A DNA stretch of 59,688 nucleotides, filler included, from Sphacelaria rigidula (lineage: Eukaryota): the NCBI GenBank assembly GCA_964200075.2. It is 10 parts of 10 records of this genome, joined end to end, with 100 filler letters (N's around TTAATTAATTAA, not from the genome) between each part and the next. Parts side by side here need not be neighbours in the genome. Positions count along the whole stretch, not along the records: positions 47,833 to 53,710 come from CAXNAA020023786.1; positions 53,811 to 59,688 come from CAXNAA020023787.1; 8 more parts are not named here. One strand, 5' to 3'. Positions 48,286-59,688 of this stretch are shown piece by piece. How positions within the stretch are numbered: the stretch's first letter is position 1; every line of letters starts with the position of its first letter. Under the pieces are notes generated by a model. The model had not been told where the DNA came from. It did no database searches and worked only from the letters and a program-made list of their open reading frames with translations. The translations under genes and the position numbers were made by a program.

Positions 48286-49189
48286 CGCGTAACAGTTGTG
48301 TCACCCAGCGACTCAAACCTACACTTAGCCCTCGGCATGGTCCTCCAGCACCGAGTATAAGTCTGAGGTGTGGGATCACCAATTGCCAGTCCCTAAGGCA
48401 AAGGCTTTCCTCAGCGACCGCACGCACAGGTAGTAGCATGTTTGTTCAGCTGACCCAAGTGTTGCTGATTTGAACTTGACCACACCGGATCATGTAATGC
48501 CCAATCAGTGAGATCGAGCTCCTTCCCCGCGATTTTTATAACGCGCGGAATTACCTTTGGTCGGTTATAGAACCCGCCCCAAATTACCTTCGGCCATGAT
48601 TCCCCAGCCAAGCTTGCATACGGAAAGCTCACAAGTTTTGCTCGATCATGCCCCGATGCTGACCCCATCCTCCCGATTGGACGCAGTTCTGGTATCCGAG
48701 CAACCTTTGGGAGTTCCTCGACCATTGCCACGTCGAAAGAGGAAGCCCCGTAAGGATGTCCCCGAGGAAGCGCGCGCATCATCACGTACACCTCTCTCGA
48801 GCGGAAAACCTCGACCTCAATCTCTCCAAAACGCGACGAGTTTGAGCTCGACGGCCCTATCAAGTATCACGGAAGAAACCAGATCAAATATTTCTAACGT
48901 CACTGCTTCTTCAATCAACGACCTCAGCTCCGCACAATTTGGGTCCACCTTGAATGGTGATCCCTGTCTACCCAAGACGATCATTTACGAAATCGCTGAT
49001 GATCACTCCAACCGTGCCACACCTGGGAATAATGTACCGTCCACCACCTTCACTGGTGAGAAATCTGACCCACCGGCAGATCACCCGCCGTCCGTTTTTG
49101 CTGCCACGCTGGTCCTGACCAATTCACCTTGCCGGAACATGGTCCAGATCTTGTCGGCGGTTTAATGTCTGTGCATCTAGAAAATTCAC

Positions 49190-50690
49190 TACACGCGTCA
49201 CGATCCACTCTGGTCCAAACGCTACCACGCCTACGAAATACGTATCCTTGTTGGACAGCGGCAGCCCGCAAGCATTTATTCGAGAATCAACATGGGAACA
49301 CATGAAACGGACTGGTGCTGCTACTGCAGCTTGTGAAACCACCACCCAACCTCGAGTATGGGGCGGTTTCGGTACTTCTACCGCACCCCTGACGACACGA
49401 AAATCCGTACGTCTCAGTGTGCATTTGTTTCACAACATCACTCGTTCTGCCAGCCTAGCGGTCTGGGCATACATTGTCCCCGACGGCACCATGCATCACG
49501 CCATATTATTGGACAGAGATAGCTATATGCGGTTTAATAAACGAACCTACCGCACGCTTTCACAACTATCGCTACAACCCACGCCTCGTGGGGAATTCAA
49601 TCTTGAACACTTTGGTACACTCCACGGCGCCCTGGCCTACCAAAAACATACTCAAGCAACCGGAGCTGCTTACCATCTACGATACAACGGTAGTGTTGGT
49701 AGTACACGCTTCGACGATCCTGAACTTTTATAAGTTGTACTAGACCCTCGAAATGGCATGCCTGCATTTACCGACAGGTCATTATCTTGCCGGAATGTTA
49801 CCCCGTATTGGCGCATCAGCCCACAGAGAACATCTTGTCTCGGCGGAACAACAGCTCCTCCCTCTTACGGGTCATGCTTACTTTGAACCCGGCTATATTT
49901 TAGGAATCTTCGCTGCTCCCCTGATGCATATCCCACTCGAGACGCGCGTAACAGAGCCTGCCGAGCCCAACGCAACATCTCCGAGGGAGTCAGTCCATTG
50001 TGTCGATGAACCTTATTTCGACCTCGTCTCTGCGACTCCACCCCAGGTCCACGCCGTGAATCCTGCCCAGTCAACTTCCGACCCTCCTGCTGAAGTGCTT
50101 GAACGCTCATCGCCAGATTTTCGGACAAGTTTCTTGCAAACATGCAACCAACTGACGCCACACATGCGTGACATCCACTTTGACCTTCATGGGCCCGGCT
50201 GGGAACCAGCAGTAATCCAAGAACTCAGCGATGTCCTGCTACAGTACCAAGACCGATTTTCTCGATCCAAGACGGATCTTGGGCATTGCAAAACTCTGCC
50301 CTTTGAGATTACACTTCAACCCGGCGTCTCACAAATCATTTATCGACCATACCAGACAAACCCAGCCCAAACCAAAAAGTAAAAGCCATCTTGGATGCAT
50401 ATTTGGGTGCGGGTTTAATACAATATTCTTCCTCTCCGTGGACCTCGCCGCTCGTGGTCGTTCCCAAAAAGGATGGAAACATACGCATAACCGTGAACTA
50501 CCAACGGTTAAACCGCGTCTCTGTGGTTGGTAAAATTCTAATTCAGCATCTTCGACTTCGCTTCTACATTTTCCAGAATGCTATCCACCCTGATACAGTC
50601 CCACTTACGGCTTTTTGTACCTCGTCGGGGCGCTACGAATGGCTTCGAATGCCACAAGACGCTGCCACTGCTCCAGGATGCTTTCAACAC
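49190..50690 (+). mobile_element. Ty3/Gypsy pol remnant: aspartic protease and N-terminal RT
   Basis: LLDSGSPQAFI (DSG protease), WGGFG, ILLDRDS; then FSRSKTDLGHC..LPFEI...RPY.TNP, LIQYSSSPWTSPLVVVPKKDGNIRITVNYQRLN and TAFCTSSGRYEWLRMPQ. Contains stops and deletions. Confidence 0.92.
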
Positions 50691-50721
50691 ACGTGGACAG
50701 ACAGTACCCTGTGGGGCACGT

Positions 50722-50895
50722 CTACAGGCTTCAGGGAAACTGTGCAGTGTTTCTCGCGGGGATTTGGCTGTAGGGTGTTTTTTTGCGTCACACAGGACGC
50801 TTAACAGGGTTTCAGGGAAACTATGCAGTGTTTCTCGCGAGGATTTGGCTGTAGGGTAGTTTTTTGCCCCGCACAGGACGCTTCACGGGGTTTCG
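50722..50895. repeat. ~80-bp tandem duplication at the point where the Gypsy RT is truncated
   Basis: TTCAGGGAAACT.TGCAGTGTTTCTCGCG.GGATTTGGCTGTAGGGT..TTTTTTGC..C.CACAGGACGCTT occurs twice. Confidence 0.85.
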
Positions 50896-51597
50896 TCACC
50901 CCGTGTAGTGTTTATAGCGTTTAAAATGCTGTACAGTACTTTTACGCGCATATAATATGCTCCACCTTGCAGCGCGGGCACGGTACTTCACACGTGGACA
51001 TATAGCACCCTGTAGGACGTGCTGCACAGGGTTCTTCACAGTCTTTGTCAGGACTCCTGTACGGCATTTGCAGACCGTAGTACCTCTACTAGCATCTTGT
51101 ATAGCGTTTTTCTCGACACACTGTAAGCAACCCTGTAAGCAACCCTGTGGAGAGGCACTCCCAACTTGAAAATTCCAAATTATTTTGTCACAAGATCCGT
51201 AGCAATATTCATTTAGAGACGCTGTTCGACACAAATCATCTTTTGCCCGAATTAGGCAAAAAGAGGATTTATTTCGAACAGCAGAAGAAGCTGTTTGAAG
51301 TAAAACTTTTTTTGCCCAATTCAATGGAGCAAAACATGATTCATTCCGAACAGCTTCTTCTGCTGTACAAATCTCATACACTGGCCGATTTGAAATTTGA
51401 ACTGGAGAAGCTGCTCGAAATAGATCCTCACTTTGCCCGCCAATTCATCCCGAAAGTGAGCAAAAAGAGAACTTATTGCGAACAGCCTCAGCTGTGGAAG
51501 TCCCACATACTGCACCGTAATCAGCGGATGAGATTCGAGACGCAGCAAACATTGTTGTCCTCTTGCTCCCCAATTCATATATCAATTGGGCTGAAGG

Positions 51598-53098
51598 ATA
51601 TATTTCTTCATCAGCTTTCGCTGTATACAAATCCCACACACTGCTTATGAGTGTATGTCCACACGGCTGTGCTCCGAAGCATCGAGCTTTAGCCGCAGCT
51701 GTGATTTTGGTGGAACACCGGTGTATACCTCGCACATGCATCCACATAGCTCCTACAAGCCCCGTCGTCCAATGTCTACCGAAACAACACTATGTATGAT
51801 TTTTTAGATTATAAACGTGGAAAACTCTCCTCGCGATTTACATTAGAGCTATATACTTTAATGAGGATATATAATCACAAGAATAAACTGTATACTGGAC
51901 AGTACAATACCATGCAGGACAGTACCATACTGTGCTTATACATCAGGTGCTATATACTGCAGAGTTAGTCCGGCATATGCGCTACGTATGGCTATGCAAT
52001 GTGGATGCTGCAGCTTGTTTTGATATATTTCCAGGGATATAGATACACACTGCCGTGGTTGGGTATGGCGTATCTTTTGTCGGTGAAAACTTGGGCATCT
52101 TCTTCCATGTTCGCGGCATCGCGCGGCGACGGAAACACGCGGGGTAAAGCAGGGCGCGGGGAATAGCCGCGGCTTATGTTGCATACACACTCATCATGAG
52201 CAGTGCAGGCAGTACAAAGCTGCACGTCGTTCAAGTCGTTTTCACATCGCAATGTAGCTCTGCTACCGAGATAGCCCCCCCTCGAACCGGCCCAAAAAGT
52301 GCGCGGAGGCGATGGTCGTAAATGCCGTTAGAGCTGGTTTCGTGCTGCACCACGCGACTCATTTGAGCGTTACAGCTGATGTCGGACTGGTACACGCCTC
52401 TCATGTGGGTGAAATTGCTGCACACGAGCCCAATAGTGGGATCGCAGCCCGTTCGTCGGACGGTTTCCGGCGCACGTTTCGTGAGGGGGCTATCTCGGCA
52501 TTAGTCGTAGGTAGAGAACAGGTATAGTCCTGCGCTGTCTGTACTGTACTTCCCCCGCTTCCCTTTCACGGCCTAGTTTCTGTGCTGCAGCTATAATTGG
52601 GCGCATACAGTGTATGCTGAAAGAGTGCGCGTGTGAACTGCAGTTCCTGACGATATATAACACCCCCCTATATCAAAACAAGCTGCAGCATCCACATTGC
52701 ATAGCCATACGTAGCGCATATGCCGGACTAACTCTGCAGTATATAGCACCTGATGTATAAGTACAGTATGGTACTGTCCTGCATGGTATTGTACTGTCAA
52801 GTATACAGTTTATTCTTGTGATTATATATCCTCATTAAAGTATATAGCTCTAATGTAAATCGCGAGGAGAGTTTTCCACGTTTATAATCTAAAAAATCAT
52901 ACATGGTGTTGTTTCGGTAGACATTGGACGATGGGGCTTGTAGGAGCTATGTGGATGCACGTACGAGGTATACACCGGTGTTCCACCAAAATCACAGCTG
53001 CAGCTAAAGCTCGATGCTTCGGAGCACAGCCGTGTGGACATACACTCGTAAGCAGTGTGTGGGATTTGTATACAGCGCAAGCTGTTGACGAAATATAT
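51598..53098. repeat. Inverted repeat: ~430-bp arms (51598-52027 / 52669-53098) at ~97% identity, ~640-bp spacer
   Basis: Manual alignment shows about 11 substitutions and no indels seen. Confidence 0.95.
52266..52498. mobile_element. Small TIR element inside the spacer
   Basis: CCGAGATAGCCCCC ... GGGGGCTATCTCGG, a 14-bp perfect inverted repeat. Confidence 0.55.
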
Positions 53099-53710
53099 AA
53101 CCGCGGATCCTGGAAAACGGGGTCCATCTCGAAAATGAGGTTCAAGTGGCATATCTTTTTTGCAGGGATGACGCGACACAATCACACAGAGCGAAACCAT
53201 CTTCCCCCCCGAAACTCTGCAGCAGTGAATCAGTTGCGGCTAGGTGCACCGAACGAATGCGGTGTACACGCGTGTCGATGACGATATCACCAGATAGAGA
53301 ACCAACGACAGAGAGGAAGATCCTCGCCCGTGTCCTTTGTGTGTCCTCGCTCGGCGAGTACCAATCGCTCGAGAGACTGGCATCATCGATGTTATATCAG
53401 CATGTACCCAATTTTCCATGTGCCAGAGCATCGAGCTGCGGAGAGATTCCGTCTCTTCTTGCCTGTCGAGCTCACCAATGCGAAGATCGATTTCTCTCTG
53501 CCTCTCGTTTTGAACAGGACGTGCTGCTGTGCGCTGAAAAACATGTCATAACAGCAAATTGTGCGAATTGAGGTATAACTTCGAGATGAGGTTCAAGTGT
53601 GCAACCCGACATGTGAACGTTTTGTAGCAGAAGTACCGAGGACAAGCTCTTATTCGGAAGATGTTACTTGTGGAGGTGAACCCGTGATGCGTCATTTTCA
53701 GTATGTCCAA

Positions 53711-53810
53711 NNNNNNNNNNNNNNNNNNNNNNNNNNNNNNNNNNNNNNNNNNNNTTAATTAATTAANNNNNNNNNNNNNNNNNNNNNNNNNNNNNNNNNN
53801 NNNNNNNNNN
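53711..53810. other. Artificial contig linker
   Basis: 44 N + TTAATTAATTAA + 44 N. Confidence 0.98.
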
Positions 53811-53989
53811 AGGCAAAAGTGTGCTTTCGCACATATCCTTTGGGGGAACGGAAGGCTAGAAATTCCCCGAAATAGTTTAAGGGAGGTCGGGAGGGATAGG
53901 GTGGTCCATATGAAAGTCATTGGTCTTGAATTCAGGTCAGGGAAAGCACGGTTTTTGAGTCGAACCTCATCTTATGCTTGTTTTTCAAC

Positions 53990-54280
53990 CCCATTTTCGA
54001 GAATCGGCTGTTTGTTGATGTTCTTCAGCGCCGCAGCCTTTGTTGGCGCGGGGAGCGATGAGCGTCCAGACCTTGTTTTGTTCGAATGGTCGACCTCCTG
54101 GGTCGCGTCGATGTGGGCTTCGGCGTTTTTTCATGATTTCATCGGGTACTCGGGACCAACATACACTGTAGAGCTCGCAAATTTGCTCCAGCAAGCCCTT
54201 CGGCACCCTTACATTGCCCGGAGGAATAGTGAGCGCAACATTCATCGCAATCGCATAGCGGCGACCCAATCGTAGCTCGC
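53990..54280 (-). pseudogene. Possible Tc1/mariner transposase N-terminal (HTH/GRP-like) remnant
   Basis: RRYAIAMNVALTIPPGNVRVPKGLLEQICELYSV, then (frameshift) ..IDATQEVDHSNKTRSGRSSLPAPTKAAALKNINK. Resembles a mariner N-terminus (R.AI...GR.P.G....A..F.V ... K.RSGRP). Confidence 0.45.
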
Positions 54281-54539
54281 CACCCGTTTGATGAGGGGTG
54301 GGAGGGGGGGTAGCGGGGTACACGGGGGCAAGTCCATCGTACTGTGATGTCCCTGGCTAGGTGCGAAATATTGAACACGAATCCTCAAATCGTTGTAAAA
54401 AGAAACCTCGTAAGAAATATTTAAAAGAGACCAAAGTGGGAGATAGTGTGACCTGACTATAATTTTGAAAACGATTTATTTATTTTTTTCATCAGCTTCG
54501 TACGAACCGGGCCAGCCTAGAGGCGGATTTGAATTTTGC

Positions 54540-54818
54540 AGGCGAATGCGCCGGCCAACATTTAGATTTGGAGCGTAAGATTTGGTATGGACAATGCATA
54601 GGGCATGAGAATATATATTCAAGAAGCACCAGAAGTTTTTTTTCTTCCCCGTGAGCCAAGGCCATTTTACTGATACTAACTGACTGATTATTGCCCTTAA
54701 CTCACGGAAAAAACAGAACTTCTGGTGTTTCTTTAATATATATATATTTTCATGCCCTATGCATTGTCCGTACCAAATTTTACGCTCCAATTCTGAATAT
54801 TGGCCGGCGCATTCGCCT
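54540..54818. mobile_element. ~280-bp hairpin MITE within an outer inverted repeat (54428-54460 / 54860-54889)
   Basis: AGGCGAATGCGCCGGCCAA...TTGGAGCGTAA.ATTTGGTA.GGACAATGCATAGGGCATGA mirrors TCATGCCCTATGCATTGTCC.TACCAAAT.TTACGCTCCAA...TTGGCCGGCGCATTCGCCT. Confidence 0.85.
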
Positions 54819-55835
54819 CCCAAAAACCAGGTCGGTAGAAATTTATAACAGTATTTCGCAGGTCACTCACCAGCCCACGTTTGGTTTCTGATTCTTGAAA
54901 ATTTGTGTGGGCCCTAGCTAGGGCATAATCAGCACAACTCCTCGGGTCGATTTTCGGTTATTATTTTTTCAACTGGTTTAGGGCGTTTTACTAAGTCGTA
55001 ACGACCATTTTTTCACGAGAACGCCCGAACCTCGTAACCCCCCAAAAAATGAAGGCCCATTTGTTTTTGTAGGGGGGGGAGGTTCGCGCGTTCTCCATGC
55101 TAAGTTTCAAATCACAATTTTGAAAATTGAGTTAAAAATTGAGATAAGGCCCAGGAGCAGTGTTAATTTCTCCCAAAAACTCCCCTAAAAACACGAAAAC
55201 GAATGAAGAAAAAACAAAGAAAAACAAAAAAAGCTGTTTTTTTTTAATTTCATAATCCACCAGCGGTTCTCCATTCCAAATTTCATTGCACAACTCTCAA
55301 AAACTGAGACGCGATATCCAGATCTAGGGCATCTTGTGCTCATGGTCATAATATATTGATTATAGTATCGAACCTCATGTGTGCCATATCTCGAGATAAA
55401 TCACGAGTTGGGTAGAGGTGAGGGTATCTATCATCTCCTCATGCTCAAGGGAAGGTCCATACCCAGAACCCGCATCATCCGCTGAATGCGTCGTTTGGGG
55501 TTTCGTATAGATTTTAGTGTGAACGCTATCTCCCTAAGGTATAGGAATTACTGGACATGTGGTTTGATCAACGAGATAAAATTACCCCAGATTTTTTAGC
55601 ACATGTGCACCTTCCCCTTGATTGGACGATTAATATTAATATGATATGTGGATCACGGCCCAAGTCGTCTATGTCGATGATATATTGCTTTGAAAGCTTA
55701 AATCCGTTTTTAGGCTGGCCCAGCTCGTATGCGCTTTAAATACGGGATCTTACAAATTGAGGATGAATCTTTTATTATTGGGGATGAGAAACTGAGACGA
55801 TTTACAGGCAACCGATTAGACTACCGTACAGTCAG

Positions 55836-56189
55836 CCCGGAGAATTCAAATCTTCGTATCCACACCAAATCTTCGAAACATGGTTCCATTCCTTCACCTA
55901 CTGATAGCTGTTAACAACTGACTGCTACACGCCGTAGAAATTTGGATCTCGATCATCGAAATGTTGGGGTCCTAGGTGAAAAACCAATGTCGGAACCATT
56001 TTGGCGTCGGTTCGGACACCCGAAATTCCCCAAAATTGTTTATTCACCTGGGACCCCAACATTTCGGTGATCGAAATTCAAATTTCTATGGCGTGTAGCA
56101 CTTGTCAAAAGCTAACAGTAGTAGTAGGTAAAGAAATGGAACCATATTTCGAAGATTTGGTGTGGATACGAAGGTTTGAATTCTCCGGG
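55836..56189. mobile_element. ~354-bp palindromic MITE (copy 2, complete)
   Basis: CCCGGAGAATTCAAA.CTTCGTATCCACACCAAATCTTCGAAA mirrors TTTCGAAGATTTGGTGTGGATACGAAG.TTTGAATTCTCCGGG. Confidence 0.9.
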
Positions 56190-56358
56190 TGTCTCATGCA
56201 CAAAAAATGATCCATCCTCAACTTACTTGTACGATCCCGTGTTTTTTTCTTTCCATGGAACCCACGTAACTACAACATCATAGTCACCCCGTCGCACCCA
56301 AACAGAACACCGCCCATAACTGACCAGACTTATGGGACAGAGGAACTATACTGATTAA

Positions 56359-57666
56359 CCCTTAGACAGCGGGTGTCGCCTCTGAGCAATTTCACAGGCT
56401 GACAGTCCAACGACATATCCGGGGGCATTCAGGGGCGGGGGAGTTTTCGTTTTGAGGGGGGTGGAGGTCTGTTTGCAGAACAGCCGAAAAACTCACCAAA
56501 TCAGTCAGCATGTGGGCTTGAAAGTTTCCCACGGAAATTATTAGCCAGGAACGAGGACAGAGGGGAGCGGAGTAATCATTCTGAGCATCACGGTCATCAA
56601 GAGGTGCGTTCACTAGGTGGTAGATGAAGAAATTTCTCGGAAATGTATTATTTCGAAGTAAATCTACTCCAACGTGCTGGGGATACTCCGAATGAAATCG
56701 CAAACGGGGATGCCCTGACCCATATTCTTGTGCATCTAGAATTATTAGTAGCCCCTGAACCGGACAAGATTCCGCGCGAAAAGTGCATCCCTGCCGTAGC
56801 ATTGCTCGGCGTTGGCAGGACTGAAATCAGCGCCGCGGCGCCGACTTTGACGAAAACACTGCGCAGGCTAGAGACAGCTGGGGCTGTCAGTCCCACTAAA
56901 GATCCGAATATCGCATCACGTCAGCCTAGGTTACCCACATTCATACCCGTTCCACAAACCGCAGACCCCGCTACGCTCCGATCTTTCACATTCACACTGA
57001 CATCAAGTAATACAAATTCGGGAAAGTTCTAATCGACCAAGTGATTAAAATATCCAACTATTTGTTTAAATCGACTGGTATACAATTACCATCACATTAG
57101 CCTAGATTACTCACATTCGTACCCGTTCCACAAACCGCAGATCCCGCTACGCTCCGATCTTTCATTTTCTTCCCCTACAGTCGGACCACACGTGGACGAG
57201 TTCGCTCTCTAGCCGTGCTTCCCATTTTTAGCACGACAATTCATCAATGGATCACACAGGCACAAGTAACGTGTGTTGTACTCTGCCCGTGGTCTTTGCC
57301 GCCTGACCTCTCTTGTGTTCCCAACATAGCTTCACATTCTCTGTAGTGTTTTTGTGGGATACTGAGCAGAGAGTTCAGCAGCATGCCGTAGGCTGTGTTC
57401 AGTGGAGAGCGATGTATGGCACGCTGACTGTTTCTTGCCATTGTATTCAGCGAAGACACGCAGCAGCGACTCTGCACTCAATTGACCGCAGGGTCAAAAC
57501 TGGTCTGGGGTTCTACGAGACTAGTATGTTCTATAGTTGAGGCCCAGCATCCACATGTTCATGAGAAAATGCGTGTTTGTGCAGGAAGAAAACAGCTGCC
57601 CTGATCGAACCCCAAATTGAGCTTCGTCCATCTGAGCCCGTCTGAGGGGAGTTCCCAGTCTAAGGG
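56359..57666. mobile_element. piggyBac-type non-autonomous element (copy 3) carrying a nested insertion
   Basis: TTAA|CCCTTAGACAGCG...GTCTAAGGG|TTAG. Colinear with 14415-15135 apart from ~56611-57170. Confidence 0.82.
56611..57043. mobile_element. CACT-terminal TIR element nested in piggyBac copy 3
   Basis: Shares AATTTCTCGGAAA, GGCGTTGGCAG, GGCGCCGA.T.TGACGAAAAC, GGGCTGTCAG..TAAAGATCCGAATATC and TAATCGACCAAGTG with 17032-17359. Confidence 0.72.
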
Positions 57667-59249
57667 TTAGAATATAGTGATGGATTAATGAAAGGTACAG
57701 TAGCAGGTGACGGCGTTGTCCTTCACTGACAATACCCGCGTATTACAGACCTAGTGAGACGGCCGTATCCCATCCCAATATTCGGCATCTCCCTGCAAAG
57801 AAACACGTGTACCATATGCAACAATAAGCGAATGACGGCAGAGAGGGCGCCAATAATAGGCTGTGCCAAGCAAAAGCTTGGGCAAAGTCCTAACCTCCTG
57901 TCGTTGCAGGTTGGACTCGATGCGATCCCACAGTGAGCGTGGCTCATCTTCATTTTCCCGTCCATTGATTCCTTGTCCACCGCCACCGCTGCTGTCGCTG
58001 CTGCCGTTATTGTATCCTGTTTCGACCTCCCAAAAGAGCGAGTCAGCGAGTGTGCCCATTGCCTCATTTGTCCACCGCTGACTAATGTTCGATCCAGCAA
58101 TATGGTGTTCGTCTCGCGGCTGTTGCCATCTGGAGTGGGTACTGCTGCGGTCTTGATTTTGTAGTGGGCGTGTTTTTACGGAACGTGTTATCGCGGCCGA
58201 ATGTAGATACCGCAGCAAGGCGCTGCCCGTATCTTACCGCAGCAGGGCGCCGCCCGTATCTTTGTGCTTGCGTGACAAAATCTTTATTAGTAATAGAAAT
58301 CATCACCCACGAATATACAGACAGTGCAGCGAGGGGCAGCGCAGAGGTGTAACTGGGCAGAAAACGGTGTACTTCGACGACCCCAGTCTCAGTGCGTGAC
58401 TTTCAAACAGGAAGCCGCGTTCTTGACGGGGAAGTCTCTTGCTCGGACATTGCAATAGCGAAGCGTGCTGTCTGAGGGGATGTGTGCACGATGGAGATGG
58501 ACCGAATAGTAGTACTGAGTAGAAATCACCGTCCTGATGGTTCGCGGCAGGTAAGCGCCAAATCGTATGGCATCAATTTATGTTATACTCCTTGGTGTGC
58601 GCTTAAATGTTGGACATCACACCGACAGTACAGTACAGGGAGATGTGCACTGCGCCCATCGGGAATAGTGCATGTTTGCTCCGTGGCAACGATTTTCCAG
58701 GAAAATCGCGAATCGTTCGCGCTCACACTCCTCATGGAAGGATCGAGGCTCAGATTCTTCAAATTGTAAAAAACTGATGCGAGCTGGGGCGGCTGCGAAG
58801 CTCGTTTTCCTTCAGCTCATTCTAATGGACGATGCATCGCGAATTGTGCCTACTTTGACACATCGTGGTGATCGGCAAATCAGCGCGCGTCTTCAATCCA
58901 TGTACAGGCTGGGCCGCCCAAGTAGCGGACTTTCCTTCAGTTGGTGTTAACTGACTATGCATCGCGAGTTGTGCCTGTTGGTAAAACTCGTGACTTCTGG
59001 AGAAAAAGATGTGTTGTATCATTGAGACCTTGGTCCGGAGAGACGGATCGGGAAAGTGGAGTGAGCACGATAGGCGAGCACGCGTCATCTACATCCCAGA
59101 AACTCTAGAGACCACATGGTTCGAGCAACGGAACTCGGACCAACGCACTTCCTCTCGTACCACAAAACCTCGGTTTGTTCCCCGCACCACAAATACCATG
59201 CTCGGACTAATGCAGTATCCACAAAGAGTACTTCTACATAAAACACCGT

Positions 59250-59560
59250 TTTCGTGAGGTTGAGAGTAGAGCACTGATTGAGAGTGACTTTGACTATTCG
59301 CTGTAACTTAGCCATTCTTTTATTCCATGTGTGCTTCTCTCTGCCTCCATCATTGGCGTGTGCTCACAGATACACGTCGATATCCTACTCAGGGATATCA
59401 AAGGTCTCAGTGGCAAGGTATCACAGAAAACATTTTGGACCTTGTGGAGGGGTATTTCGGAACTGAAACGATTCAATCACTGATTGACATATTTCACTCT
59501 CCCTCGTATCCTCTACTCTCAATCTCACGAAATCATTGTGATAGGCAACAACAGAAAGGA
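59250..59560 (+). repeat. Dispersed repeat with pieces at 45720-45800, 46815-46935 and 47833-47900; possibly a decayed intron-containing transposase
   Basis: GAGTAGAGCACTGATTGAGAGTG.CTTTGAC, ACACGTCGATATC..ACTCAGGGATATCA and TCTACTCTCAATCTCACGAAA are shared across three contigs. Confidence 0.7.
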
Positions 59561-59688
59561 CCGCCAACGTCCCTCGCAATTCTCAAATATGTGATAGCTC
59601 AACAACTTATAATAGATCGACAGTTCCGTTATTCAAATCGTCCAATCAGATGTTCTACGCGAATAACAGGGTTGCCAGAAAAATGAGA

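Overview
Repeat-rich eukaryotic DNA, most likely a brown alga (Phaeophyceae, Ectocarpus-like). That assignment is an inference from the retroelement families, the short isolated GT-AG exons and TTAGGG-type repeats. The window is not contiguous: it is ten unrelated contigs of 5878-5879 bp joined by an artificial 100-bp linker (44 N + TTAATTAATTAA + 44 N), so adjacency across linkers means nothing. Host genes appear only as isolated exons: a Bet1-like Qc-SNARE first exon, an ABCG transporter exon, and a few unassigned exons, one possibly ASF1-like. Most of the sequence is transposon debris: three decayed Ty3/Gypsy pol remnants, RTE-type and other LINE fragments, a tRNA-derived SINE (2 copies), TTAA-flanked piggyBac-type non-autonomous elements (~100 bp and ~750 bp), several palindromic MITE/foldback elements, and possible Copia, Tc1/mariner and Sola-like remnants. 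The most interesting signal is a non-LTR retrotransposon family that appears to insert specifically into oligo(C)/oligo(G) tracts; one 33-bp truncated copy has a perfect 19-bp G-tract target duplication. Also notable are a ~430-bp inverted repeat at ~97% identity, a filled/empty site pair for a ~100-bp piggyBac MITE, and a modular palindromic foldback element beside a possible transposase relic. No CRISPR, rRNA, true tRNA or prokaryotic system is supported.
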